A stretch of DNA of 47,429 nt from Acaryochloridaceae cyanobacterium VAR_48_metabat_390 (GCA_031422435.1 JANPLU010000024.1:1-47429), one strand, 5' to 3'; positions 10,662-19,733 are shown, counted from the stretch's first letter. Translations and numbers: made by a program. Notes: generated from the sequence alone by a model not told the origin.

Positions 10662-11492
10662 TTAGTGGTCTGAGACTGTGCCGCTGAACAAAAAGTCAAG
10701 GGCGTGGTTGCGCAGAGTGTAGTAGCGGGGATCTTCCATGAGCTGGGCGCGATCGCGCGGTCGAGAGAAGGGAACCTCCATGACCTCCCCAATTTTGGCG
10801 GCGGGGCCATTGGTCATCATCACGATGCGATCTGCCAGAAACAGGGCTTCATCAATATCGTGGGTAATCATGAGTACGGTAATTTTGTACTCACTCCAAA
10901 TTTTGAGCAGCTCCTCTTGCAGCTCTTCTTTGGTAATGGCATCTAGCGCCCCAAAGGGTTCGTCTAAAATCAGCACCTGAGGGCGAATAGAAAGGGCACG
11001 GGCAATAGAAACCCGCTGTTTCATACCGCCAGAGAGCTGCCCTGGACGCTTATTGGCAGCTTCTTCTAGGCCGACTAGGGCAAGGTGCGATCGCACAATT
11101 TCGGTCTTTTCTTTTTTCGACTTTTCAGGGTAAACGGCATGTACACCCAGATAGATATTCTCAAATGCCGTCTTCCACGGCAGCAGCGCATAGTTTTGAA
11201 ACACCACCATCCGGTCAGGCCCAGGACGGCTGATCATCTTGCCCTGAAGCCGCACTTCGCCACTAGTCGGCTTGCGGAACCCAGAGACCATATCTAACAG
11301 CGTTGACTTTCCGCAGCCAGAGTGACCAATGAGGCACACAAACTCACTTTCAAAAACCGTCAAGTCAATATTGTCTAAGACGGTATAAGGACCATTGGGT
11401 GTGGGGTACACCTTAGATGCCTGATCAATCACTAGAAAAGGTTCGCGCTGGGTTGGCTGCAAGGTGGCGTTAGAAGTTGTTAGGGTTTGCAT
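10662..11492 (-). CDS. nrtD: Nitrate ABC transporter ATP-binding subunit NrtD
   Basis: GHSGCGKS, LSGGMKQR, LDEPFGALDA; ATG at 11492 preferred over TTG at 11510. Confidence 0.93.
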   Translation of the reverse strand: MQTLTTSNATLQPTQREPFLVIDQASKVYPTPNGPYTVLDNIDLTVFESEFVCLIGHSGCGKSTLLDMVSGFRKPTSGEVRLQGKMISRPGPDRMVVFQNYALLPWKTAFENIYLGVHAVYPEKSKKEKTEIVRSHLALVGLEEAANKRPGQLSGGMKQRVSIARALSIRPQVLILDEPFGALDAITKEELQEELLKIWSEYKITVLMITHDIDEALFLADRIVMMTNGPAAKIGEVMEVPFSRPRDRAQLMEDPRYYTLRNHALDFLFSGTVSDH

Positions 11493-11521
11493 TGGTCTAT
11501 AAGTTCCCAAAAAAGTGGCGG

Positions 11522-13543
11522 CTATGCGACGGCTTTTACAGCTTTCTCTGGCACTTGGTCAATTAAAATTTCTTCAACGCGAACATCGCGGCAAATATTA
11601 AGGCTATTAAGGTATCCCATCGGGTCATCGGGGTTAAAGACCTTGCCATCAAAGAGCTGAAACGCGCTACGGTTCGGTTCGGTGTCGGGCAGACCCAGTT
11701 CCCGCGCGGCACGACCATAGAGATCGACCCGTCGCACACGCTCTAGAATTTCGATCCAGTTACGGGGAAAGGGCGTAATGCCCCAGCGCGCAAGCTGCGT
11801 TAAAATCCATAGCCCTTCGACACGTCCTGGGCAGTTAGACTGATCGACGTGAAAACGATTAAACTGCCAAAGATCTTCTGGGTCTTCCCCTGTCCCGCGT
11901 TCGTAGGGATCAATAAAGCCAGGTCTTGCATAGGCCGCAGATGCGCCAAGATATTCTGGCTTAGCCAGCAGGTTTAGAATTTCTTCACGGTTGCGCGGAT
12001 TGTCGCAGTAGTCGCAGGCTTCGATTAGCGCTTTTACCAAGGCGTTGTGGGTTTCGGGATGCGCAGCCGTCCAGTCTTCTCGTACACCCAAAACTTTTTC
12101 GGGATGGGAAGGCCAAATCTCTAAGTCTGTGGCGATGACGTAGCCTAAGCCTTCCTGTACTGCTCTAGAATTCCAAGGCTCGCCGACGCAGTAGCCATCA
12201 ATGTTGCCTGCGCTTAAGTTTGCGACCATTTGAGGCGGTGGAATCACCGTGAGGTCAACGTCTTGGTCAGGGTCAATTCCGGCAGAGGCTAACCAGTAGC
12301 GCAGCAGCAGGTTGTGCATGGAGGTGGGGTGAACCATCCCCAAGGTGTGCCGCTGGTCTGGCTTTTGGGCGAGGGCTGCTTTAAAGTCTGCTAGTGTTCG
12401 CACTCCCTGATCCCACAGCTTCTTGCTGAAGGTAATGGCGTTGCCGTTGCGCGATAATATCAGCGCCGTCACGATGGGCAATGGCTGGCTTTGCTCACCA
12501 GAGCCTAGGGTCATGGACAGCGGCATCCCCGCCACCATTTGGGCTGCGTCTAGACGGCGGCTGGCAACGCCTTCTGCGATCGCCTTCCAGCTCGGCTCTC
12601 GGCTGAGCGTCACTTCTTCTAAGCCATGTTTGGCAAACAGTCCTTTCTCTTTTGCCACCACCAACGGCGCACAGTCGGTTAGGGGCACAAAGCCAATATC
12701 GAGGTTGACCTTTTCTAGGCCATGACGGGCGATCGCCACAACCTGCTTGAGCTTCCGTTTCTTGTCTCGCTTCTGCTGATTAAGAAAGTAAACAATTTCG
12801 TTGCGGAGCGCATAGTAGCTAGGATGGTTGACGACTTCTAGGCGCTGACGAGGCCGAGGAATGGGAACGGGCAAAATTTGCCCAATGTGAGACTCTGGGC
12901 CGTTGGTGAGCATCACCACTCGGTCGGAAAGCAGCAGTGCCTCATCTACGTCGTGTGTCACCATCACGCAGGTGACTTGGCTCTCTTGGCAAATTTGCAT
13001 AAGCTGCTGCTGAAGGTTGCCCCGCGTCAGAGCATCCAATGCACCAAAGGGTTCATCGAGCAGCAGTACCTGGGGGCGGATGGCTAAGGCACGGGCGATC
13101 GCCACCCGTTGTTTCATGCCGCCGGAAAGCTCCTTCGGTGTTTTGTCTGCGGCGTGGCGAAGCCCCACCAACTGAATGTTGTGCTCAATAATTCCTTTTC
13201 GCTCACCCTTGGGCAAATGACTCAAGACCTTATTGACCGACAGCGCAATATTTTGGCGTACCGTCAGCCAAGGCAGCAATGAGTAGTTTTGAAACACCAT
13301 CATGCGATCAGGGCCAGGGCTAGAGGTCTGCCGACCATCTAAGATCACGCCGCCCACCGTTGCCTGATCGAGTCCAGCCATAATGTTGAGCAGTGTTGAC
13401 TTACCACAGCCCGAATGACCAATGAGTGAAACAAATTCACCCTGTTTAATGGTCAAATCAATCCCTTTTAGAGCAATGTAGCTGCCGCCATCGCGTAGCG
13501 CAAAGACCTTATCAACGTGATCAACTTCTAAAAAAGCAGACAT
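11522..13543 (-). CDS. nrtC: Nitrate ABC transporter ATP-binding subunit NrtC with C-terminal NrtA-like regulatory domain
   Basis: ABC ATPase domain followed by GFVPLTDCAPLVVAKEKG substrate-binding-like domain; 673 aa. Confidence 0.95.
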   Translation of the reverse strand: MSAFLEVDHVDKVFALRDGGSYIALKGIDLTIKQGEFVSLIGHSGCGKSTLLNIMAGLDQATVGGVILDGRQTSSPGPDRMMVFQNYSLLPWLTVRQNIALSVNKVLSHLPKGERKGIIEHNIQLVGLRHAADKTPKELSGGMKQRVAIARALAIRPQVLLLDEPFGALDALTRGNLQQQLMQICQESQVTCVMVTHDVDEALLLSDRVVMLTNGPESHIGQILPVPIPRPRQRLEVVNHPSYYALRNEIVYFLNQQKRDKKRKLKQVVAIARHGLEKVNLDIGFVPLTDCAPLVVAKEKGLFAKHGLEEVTLSREPSWKAIAEGVASRRLDAAQMVAGMPLSMTLGSGEQSQPLPIVTALILSRNGNAITFSKKLWDQGVRTLADFKAALAQKPDQRHTLGMVHPTSMHNLLLRYWLASAGIDPDQDVDLTVIPPPQMVANLSAGNIDGYCVGEPWNSRAVQEGLGYVIATDLEIWPSHPEKVLGVREDWTAAHPETHNALVKALIEACDYCDNPRNREEILNLLAKPEYLGASAAYARPGFIDPYERGTGEDPEDLWQFNRFHVDQSNCPGRVEGLWILTQLARWGITPFPRNWIEILERVRRVDLYGRAARELGLPDTEPNRSAFQLFDGKVFNPDDPMGYLNSLNICRDVRVEEILIDQVPEKAVKAVA

Positions 13544-13572
13544 AGATCTAGACCCAACCGACCTAAAGTTAA

Positions 13573-14385
13573 CTAAGACTCAGACGCAATCAAAGAACCA
13601 AGATATCCTACAAGGCGATCCAGACACAGACCAACAATACCCACACACAACACAGCTAGAATAATTTGACTCATGCTGTTGTCATTTCCTGCGTTATAGG
13701 CATCCCAGATATAAAATCCAATACCGCCAGCACCAGAGGCCAGCATCTCAGCCGCCACAATTGCCAACCACGCTAACCCAATCCCAATGCGCAACCCCGT
13801 AAAAATATAGGGCACCGTAGACGGAATCAAAATGCTGAACAAATATTCTCGACCAGACAACTGCAACACCTTTGCAACATTGTCATAATCTTTGGGGATT
13901 TGCTGAACCCCAACAGTCGTATTAATCACAATAGGCCAAATGGCAGTGATAAAAATTAAAAATAAAGCGGCAGGCTGACCATCTTGGAAAATTGCAAGTG
14001 CAATAGGCAACCATGCTAATGGCGGAATAGTTCGTAACACTTGAATGAGTGGATCAAAACCCCGTCGAAGAAAAGTATTTACGCCAATAACAAGGCCAAC
14101 TGCTACCCCAACAACGGCAGCAAGAGCATAGCCAAGAGCTACTCGTTGGAGACTGATCCAAAGCTGTAATCCGATTCCCTCCTCAGCAAAAGGATTCAAG
14201 AGTAGCCCGAAAGACTGTATAGCTACCAACAAAGGGGCAGGCATCTTTGATTCTGGACTCATGCACAACACTTGCCAGATCAGCAGCACTGCGCCCGTAC
14301 AAATAATAGGTGGGAAAACGAAGGGGCCAAACTTTTTGACTTGCATTGCAAAGGGTGACGGGGCAGCCAATGAGGGGTTTGCCAT
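13573..14385 (-). CDS. nrtB: Nitrate ABC transporter permease NrtB
   Basis: SLQRVALGY, LRTIPPLAWLP, GLRIGIGLAWLAIVAAEM. Confidence 0.93.
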   Translation of the reverse strand: MANPSLAAPSPFAMQVKKFGPFVFPPIICTGAVLLIWQVLCMSPESKMPAPLLVAIQSFGLLLNPFAEEGIGLQLWISLQRVALGYALAAVVGVAVGLVIGVNTFLRRGFDPLIQVLRTIPPLAWLPIALAIFQDGQPAALFLIFITAIWPIVINTTVGVQQIPKDYDNVAKVLQLSGREYLFSILIPSTVPYIFTGLRIGIGLAWLAIVAAEMLASGAGGIGFYIWDAYNAGNDNSMSQIILAVLCVGIVGLCLDRLVGYLGSLIASES

Positions 14386-14431
14386 GATCTGAAGTGAGTC
14401 CTTAAATAATGAAAAAGAATAAGAATTTTAG

Positions 14432-14478
14432 AGTCTAGTCATGGATTTAAGGCTCAGTCAAAAATCCATGACTAGACT
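14432..14478 (-). repeat. Perfect 17-bp inverted repeat (stem-loop) between nrtA and nrtB
   Basis: AGTCTAGTCATGGATTT (14432-14448) / AAATCCATGACTAGACT (14462-14478), 13-nt loop. Confidence 0.9.
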
Positions 14479-14487
14479 TATTGAGCC

Positions 14488-15792
14488 TTAAGCCTTTTTG
14501 ATCTTGAGGCCTTTAAGGTAAGCCATCGGGTCAGCGGGATCGAATTTAACCCCGTCAAAGAATGTTTCTACCCCACGAGAATCACTCTTAGGAATAGCAG
14601 CCTCTTGACCAATCGCTTTAGCAGCTTCTTTCCAAAGGTCAGCACGGTTCACCTCTGCAACGAGTTTCTTAAGATCGGTATCGGCAGGGAGCTTGCCCCA
14701 GCGGATATTCTCGGTTAAGAACCAAGTGTCGTGGCTGGTGAAGGGGAAAGAAGCGTCATCTCGCCAGAACTTCATTAATAATGGGCTGTCTTTTAAGGTG
14801 CGCCCATTCCCTAAATCGAAGTTGCCCTTAGAACGCTCAATAATATCTTTCGCTGGCGCTTTAACATACTTATCAGCAGATAGAATTTGGCACATTTCCG
14901 CCTTATTCTCATCTTTGTCACACCATACTTGGGCTTCTAAAACTGCCATTAGCAGTGCTTTTGCGGCTTTAGGATGCTTGTCAACCCAATCTTTACGTAA
15001 GGACAGAGACTTTTCTGGGTGATCTTTCCACATTTCGCCAGTGGTGAGAGCGTTATAACCCAGTTTTTTAGTAACCAATCGCTGGTTCCAAGGTTCTCCT
15101 ACACAAAAGGCATCCATTGACTTGGTTTCCATATTGGCAACCATCTGAGCGGGTGGAATCACGATGAGATCAACGTCTGTATCAGGATCAATGCCATTAG
15201 ACGCAAGCCAGTATCGCATCCATAAATCATGAGTTCCGCCAGGGAAGGTCATTGCACACTGAAATTTCTTGCCCCCAGCTTTTTTTGCATCAATTTTTGC
15301 TTTAAGTGTTGGAGCTTTTGCATCAAGCTTTAAGTCGGCATACTCATTAGAAACTGATATACCCTGCCCATTAGTATTTAAGCGAGCCAAGATATACATT
15401 GGGATAGGCGATTTTGTAATCTTACCCGCCGTCATCAGGTAGGGCATGGGGGTTAGAATGTGTGCCCCGTCAATGCCGCCTTTGTCGCTGCCTAGCTCTA
15501 AGTTGTCGCGAGTGGTAGCCCAAGAGGTTTGTTTACCTACCTCTACATCTTTCATCCCATACTTTTCAAAGAAGCCTTTCTCTTTGGCAATCACCAGCGG
15601 CGCACAGTCGGTGAGGGCAATAAAGCCAAGTTTTGCTTTCGTGACTTCAGGAGCATCTCCACTTGCTGCGGTAGATGCGGTCGGGGAAGAACTTGATGTG
15701 GTGCTAGATTCTCCACAGCCGTGAGTTAACAGAGCTGTCGCAGTCGTTGCACCAGCGGCGATCAAAAATTTGCGTCTAGACAGGTTGGACAT
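14488..15792 (-). CDS. nrtA: Nitrate/nitrite ABC transporter substrate-binding lipoprotein NrtA
   Basis: SRRKFL Tat motif and lipobox Cys; LGFIALTD, NTNGQG, GGTHDLWMRYWL, HPEK (nitrate-type, not CmpA-type); follows nirA. Confidence 0.93.
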   Translation of the reverse strand: MSNLSRRKFLIAAGATTATALLTHGCGESSTTSSSSPTASTAASGDAPEVTKAKLGFIALTDCAPLVIAKEKGFFEKYGMKDVEVGKQTSWATTRDNLELGSDKGGIDGAHILTPMPYLMTAGKITKSPIPMYILARLNTNGQGISVSNEYADLKLDAKAPTLKAKIDAKKAGGKKFQCAMTFPGGTHDLWMRYWLASNGIDPDTDVDLIVIPPAQMVANMETKSMDAFCVGEPWNQRLVTKKLGYNALTTGEMWKDHPEKSLSLRKDWVDKHPKAAKALLMAVLEAQVWCDKDENKAEMCQILSADKYVKAPAKDIIERSKGNFDLGNGRTLKDSPLLMKFWRDDASFPFTSHDTWFLTENIRWGKLPADTDLKKLVAEVNRADLWKEAAKAIGQEAAIPKSDSRGVETFFDGVKFDPADPMAYLKGLKIKKA

Positions 15793-15879
15793 AGCTTAGA
15801 ACTGAAACTCCTCTCCAAAAATTGTGTTGCTTTGCCCCATGCAGCGCAGATTACGCGCGTAGGCTCAAAAAAGTGTTGA

Positions 15880-17745
15880 TTAACAGTCCACAACCACTTG
15901 GCCTACGGGTTGAGCAATACAGGCCAAAATATAGCCTGCGGCCTGTTCCTCAGCAGAAAGTGCTTGCGGATCCCCCCCATAGCGAACGGCTCCTGACACC
16001 AGCTTTTGCTTGCAGGTGCCACAAGACCCTGCGCGGCAGCTACTGTCAAGGTTTAGCCCTGCTTGCTCTGCGACTTCAAGGATGAAGTCGCCCTCGGTGC
16101 AGTCAATGGCCTTCCCTGATTGGGCAAAGGAAAGCGTCGCGGGTGGTGCTGCGACGGCGGGAGGCGAAACGATGTCTGCTTCTGTACCCGTCGGCTCTAG
16201 CACCACCCCAGCTTTAAGCTGCGCCCCAAAGTGCTGGATCAAAAGATCTCGCACTACGGGCTTGAGGTCTTCGCAGGGAATACTTTTCATGACGCAGGTG
16301 CCCAAGTGGGCATCTTTGCCAACCTTGCCCCCCATATAGATATCGACACCCTCTAGGGTTTTGCCGTTCTTGCGAACTTTAGTGCCCATAAAGCCGATAT
16401 CTGCCACCTGCGGCTGTCCGCAGGAGTTGGGGCAGCCCGTCCAGTGCATTCGCACAGGCTGGGCAAGGGTGAGTTCTTGTTCGAGTTGATGCGTGAATTC
16501 GACGGCGCGGTTTTTGGTTTCGACGAGGGCGAAGTTACAGAACTGTGCGCCTGTGCAGGAGACGAGCGATCGCGATAGTAACGATGGCTCAACGGAGAAT
16601 TTTTGCAGCGTCGGCTCTTGCAAAAATGCATCAATGCGAGAATCAGGGATATTGGGAATAATGACGTTTTGCTCAACAGTCAGGCGAATTTCGCTGCTGC
16701 CGTAAACTTCAGACAGCCGAGATAGCTCAAACATATCGTCGGCGTACAGTCGCCCGACGGGGACGTGTAGCCCTACATAATTGAGTCCTGGCTGCTTTTG
16801 GGCGTAGACCCCAATGTGGTCACGTTTCTCCCACATTATTTCGTCTTTGAGGGCTGCGGGTTGAAGGCTAAAGCCCAACTGCTGCTCAACGGCGGCCCGG
16901 AACCCGTCGAGGGTCATTTGATCAATCAGCCACATCAGCCGTGACTTTTGACGATTGGCGCGTGGGCCATTGTCTCTAAAAACTTCCAGAATGGCTTTAC
17001 AGACTGCCACAACTTCGCTAGGCGATACCCAGGCATTAAGCGGAATGGCAGCTTCGCAGCGTTTGGGTGAGAAAAAGCCGCCCACGACAACGTTGAAGCC
17101 GAGTTGTTCGTCTTTGTAGGCAGGGACAAAGGCAATGTCGTTGATTTCGGCGTGGATGGAGTTGTCTCGGCATCCGGCGATCGCAATATTAAACTTGCGA
17201 GGCAGGTTGGTAAAGGCAGGGTTGCCTCTGCCGCTATCGGTAATCATGTCCTGGATTGCGACGGCTAACTCACGGGTGTCTATCAGCTCATCAGCATCAA
17301 TGCCTGAAACCGGAGAACCCGTGACGTTTCGCACATTGTCCATGCCGGACTGAATGCTGGTGAGTCCAGCAGATTCAAGACGATTAAAGATATCGGGGAT
17401 GTCTTCAATGCGGATGCCCCGTAGCTGTAGGTTCTGACGAGTGGTGATGTCTGCACAACCGTCAGAACCGTAGCGCTGCACAATGTCGGCGAGTGTCCGC
17501 ATCTGAGTGCTGCTGATAATACCTTGAGGCAGCCTTAGCCGCATCATAAATTTGCCAGGAGTGACAGGTCTAAAAAAGATGCCCAGCCACTTGAGGCGAT
17601 AGTCGCGGTCTAGCTCATCGATCGCTTCCCAGCCAATTTGGGCAAAATGATCAAGATCTTTAAGAACCGCTAGGCCGTCTTTCTCTGCCTTGAGGCGCTC
17701 AAATTTATTGAGTTTTTCAGTTGTTTCTACTGTAAGGCCAGTCAA
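15880..17745 (-). CDS. nirA: Ferredoxin-nitrite reductase NirA with C-terminal [2Fe-2S] ferredoxin domain
   Basis: DITTRQNLQLRG, NLPRKFN, SCTGAQFC and HWTGCPNSCG siroheme/[4Fe-4S] motifs; C-terminal CRAGSCGTC...LAC; TTG start after AGAGGG. Confidence 0.96.
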   Translation of the reverse strand: MTGLTVETTEKLNKFERLKAEKDGLAVLKDLDHFAQIGWEAIDELDRDYRLKWLGIFFRPVTPGKFMMRLRLPQGIISSTQMRTLADIVQRYGSDGCADITTRQNLQLRGIRIEDIPDIFNRLESAGLTSIQSGMDNVRNVTGSPVSGIDADELIDTRELAVAIQDMITDSGRGNPAFTNLPRKFNIAIAGCRDNSIHAEINDIAFVPAYKDEQLGFNVVVGGFFSPKRCEAAIPLNAWVSPSEVVAVCKAILEVFRDNGPRANRQKSRLMWLIDQMTLDGFRAAVEQQLGFSLQPAALKDEIMWEKRDHIGVYAQKQPGLNYVGLHVPVGRLYADDMFELSRLSEVYGSSEIRLTVEQNVIIPNIPDSRIDAFLQEPTLQKFSVEPSLLSRSLVSCTGAQFCNFALVETKNRAVEFTHQLEQELTLAQPVRMHWTGCPNSCGQPQVADIGFMGTKVRKNGKTLEGVDIYMGGKVGKDAHLGTCVMKSIPCEDLKPVVRDLLIQHFGAQLKAGVVLEPTGTEADIVSPPAVAAPPATLSFAQSGKAIDCTEGDFILEVAEQAGLNLDSSCRAGSCGTCKQKLVSGAVRYGGDPQALSAEEQAAGYILACIAQPVGQVVVDC

Positions 17746-17849
17746 GACAGTACCCTCTTAAAAATTTCAAACCACTACTCGGCTTTCAATTGAAGACGCC
17801 TGAATCGTCAGAAATTACGACGATGAGTAGCTGTGTTCTATGTTTTGTT

Positions 17850-17891
17850 AAGTTAAGGGCGATGGCTTACAGGATTCGTATCAGAAGCTAC
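17850..17891 (-). promoter_or_regulatory. NtcA-activated class II promoter of the nir operon
   Basis: Minus strand GTA-GCTTCTGA-TAC (17891-17878), exactly 22 nt, then TAACTT (17855-17850), i.e. GTA-N8-TAC-N22-TAN3T. Confidence 0.92.
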
Positions 17892-17928
17892 ATAAACCGA
17901 AACACTTATGAAAAAGAAGGATTAATTC

Positions 17929-17945
17929 AATGCGTTTTCTGCATT
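17929..17945. promoter_or_regulatory. NtcB (LysR-type) binding site
   Basis: AATGC-GTTTTCT-GCATT = ATGC-N7-GCAT, about 94 nt upstream of the inferred TSS (~17843). Confidence 0.85.
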
Positions 17946-18038
17946 AGTCTTGAGGTGAGACTCTCATACATTTATTGCAAAATAGGCAGATAAAGCTGCA
18001 CCGAGGCGATCGCATAGGCATGAGAAAACGAGAGATTC

Positions 18039-18617
18039 TCAACTCGTCCCCATTGATTGATTAGCAGACCCACTTTGATGCGTTTGCATAAGAACGCGAT
18101 CAAACTCAATATCCAGCAGTCGCTTCTGGACTAACGCTTGGTCTACCTCAGATGAGAGCGCTGCCATTGCCTCAGCGCGGCAAAGGGGTTTACGAGACGT
18201 ATCAGCTTGGTGGCTTAAAACATCAGCAATGATAATGATGCGATCACCCCAATCCACCTCCTGCACCGTCTGGCACTCAGCCCAGCCACAGGTTTCAGGC
18301 AAAATCGGGATTCCGCTGACGGTTTTTTCAGTCAAAATTCCATCAAATTTGTCGACCTCGCGGGTTGAGCGTAGCCCAAACAAGGGCAGCCAGTCCTGCT
18401 GCCCTTCCGCCAATAAATTGACTACAAAACGCTGGCTTTTTTGGATCAGCACAAACGTAAAATTGCGGGGTGAAATTACAGCCACCACGCGCAAACGCTC
18501 TGGCACCAAAGCCCCCAACGTTACCCAGGTCGTAATTTGCCCACTTACCTGCCCACCGTGGGCTGCCGTAATAACATAAAGTTCAGGATTAGTAAGGTTA
18601 AAAATTGAGCTGCTCAT
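18039..18617 (-). CDS. Flavin reductase-like (FMN-binding split barrel) protein
   Basis: LYVITAA, F.VNLL, FGLRS.R.VDKF, G.PIL, GDR...IA.V motifs. Confidence 0.85.
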   Translation of the reverse strand: MSSSIFNLTNPELYVITAAHGGQVSGQITTWVTLGALVPERLRVVAVISPRNFTFVLIQKSQRFVVNLLAEGQQDWLPLFGLRSTREVDKFDGILTEKTVSGIPILPETCGWAECQTVQEVDWGDRIIIIADVLSHQADTSRKPLCRAEAMAALSSEVDQALVQKRLLDIEFDRVLMQTHQSGSANQSMGTS

Positions 18618-18715
18618 GGGGCAATGCGCTGACGTTCAGACTGGATACCCTACTATGCCCTAAGCGTTAATGGCTGTCAGCCCATCCTGCAGAATGGGAT
18701 TTTCTCAAGCAGATT

Positions 18716-18755
18716 AAAAAGCACAAAACATGGACAGATTAAAATCCGTCCATGT
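18716..18755 (-). terminator. Intrinsic terminator downstream of the 126-aa orphan gene
   Basis: Minus strand ACATGGACGGATT / AATCTGTCCATGT (one G-U pair) followed by TTTGTGCTTTTT. Confidence 0.7.
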
Positions 18756-18853
18756 CGTTTAGATGTGAGCCTCAGTAGTACTGTATCCAATTCTTCATCT
18801 GACAAGAGATTGAGCCTTGATAGGCATCTTTTATCCGTCAGCGAGTCATTATC

Positions 18854-19234
18854 TCAGTTACATGAAATATATTGATGTGGATGATCAACAAAATATATCC
18901 ATGCGAGACGCGCATTAACTGCCCCTGCCGGAGTAGTACTCGGCGTGGTCAACGAATAGAGATCATTGACTCCTTTTACATACCAATTGCTCCAAGATGT
19001 ACTCCACTTAATTTTGTAGGCAATGATTTCACGATTGTAAAGGGTTCGATCAAGTTTGCGATTAAGTCCTCCATTAGCCCAATTCGTATTTGGATTCGCT
19101 GGCAGCGGTGCTGAGTCGCTCCCTGATTGACTACACACCTGCTGAGTTGCCGTATTGCCAATGTCAGCACTCACAAGCTGCGAAGATAATAAGATAGCTC
19201 CTATCGTTAAAATAAAACAGTTTGAAAGTTTCAT
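18854..19234 (-). CDS. Secreted hypothetical protein, Trp/Tyr-rich, two Cys in mature part
   Basis: AAGGGG RBS, Sec-type signal (MKLSNCFILTIGAILLSSQLVSA/D), own terminator. Confidence 0.75.
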   Translation of the reverse strand: MKLSNCFILTIGAILLSSQLVSADIGNTATQQVCSQSGSDSAPLPANPNTNWANGGLNRKLDRTLYNREIIAYKIKWSTSWSNWYVKGVNDLYSLTTPSTTPAGAVNARLAWIYFVDHPHQYISCN

Positions 19235-19720
19235 GACTACCCCTTTTTAATAAATCGAAGAGATTAACAAAGGCCATAAACCATACCTAAAATAGAAACT
19301 CAACACTTTTGCATGTATGTTTATTGAGAGATTTAATATACATTCGAGAAATATTAAACCGCTAACTTAGAGTAGAACAGCAGCTTCTACAATCCCAAAG
19401 CTAGGCATAGTTGATTAATTCAGTAAATAGCGTTCCAAACTCCTGTTCCAGGTCTTGTAGCGCTTTATAGTTGGGTGAGAGACAGACTTCAATACCTACA
19501 ACTAGGCATGACTTATGGGGTTAAACATCGCTGCATTATGTCTCTGCTCAAATCAAGTCTAGTGACTATTTCTTTAATATAGAGGCAAAATAATAATTTC
19601 TAAATTATGGCCATAAAACTTATTTTAAAATCAACACTTATACACAGCCTAAGATCATATTAGTTATCAATAAAGATTAAACGATGGCTGTAGTGTTGAC
19701 GAATTCGTTCATCGGCATTT

Positions 19721-19733
19721 TGCGTAAGTCCTG
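19721..19733. mobile_element. Probable terminal inverted repeat remnant of a cyanobacterial IS/MITE
   Basis: TGCGTAAGTCCTG (reverse complement CAGGACTTACGCA), recalled as a common cyanobacterial element end; lies exactly where permease homology begins; no partner end seen in the window. Confidence 0.5.

Noticed and set aside
10662..15792. cmpABCD bicarbonate or cynABD cyanate transporter
   Set aside because: Binding protein has nitrate-type GGTHDLW and NGQG motifs and lies between nirA and narB under an NtcA promoter.
17790..17993. 67-aa ORF divergent from nirA
   Set aside because: TTG start, no motifs, and it overlies the NtcA/NtcB promoter.
19401..19520. Minus-strand frame …IEVCLSPNYKALQDLEQEFGTLFTELINYA* between CTAGGCAT direct repeats (19401, 19502)
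   Set aside because: No start codon and too short to assign; could be a gene remnant, but an 8-bp repeat is weak evidence.
19235..19720. c-di-AMP (ydaO) riboswitch ahead of the KimA-like gene
   Set aside because: No recognisable motif; the native upstream region appears replaced by AT-rich DNA.
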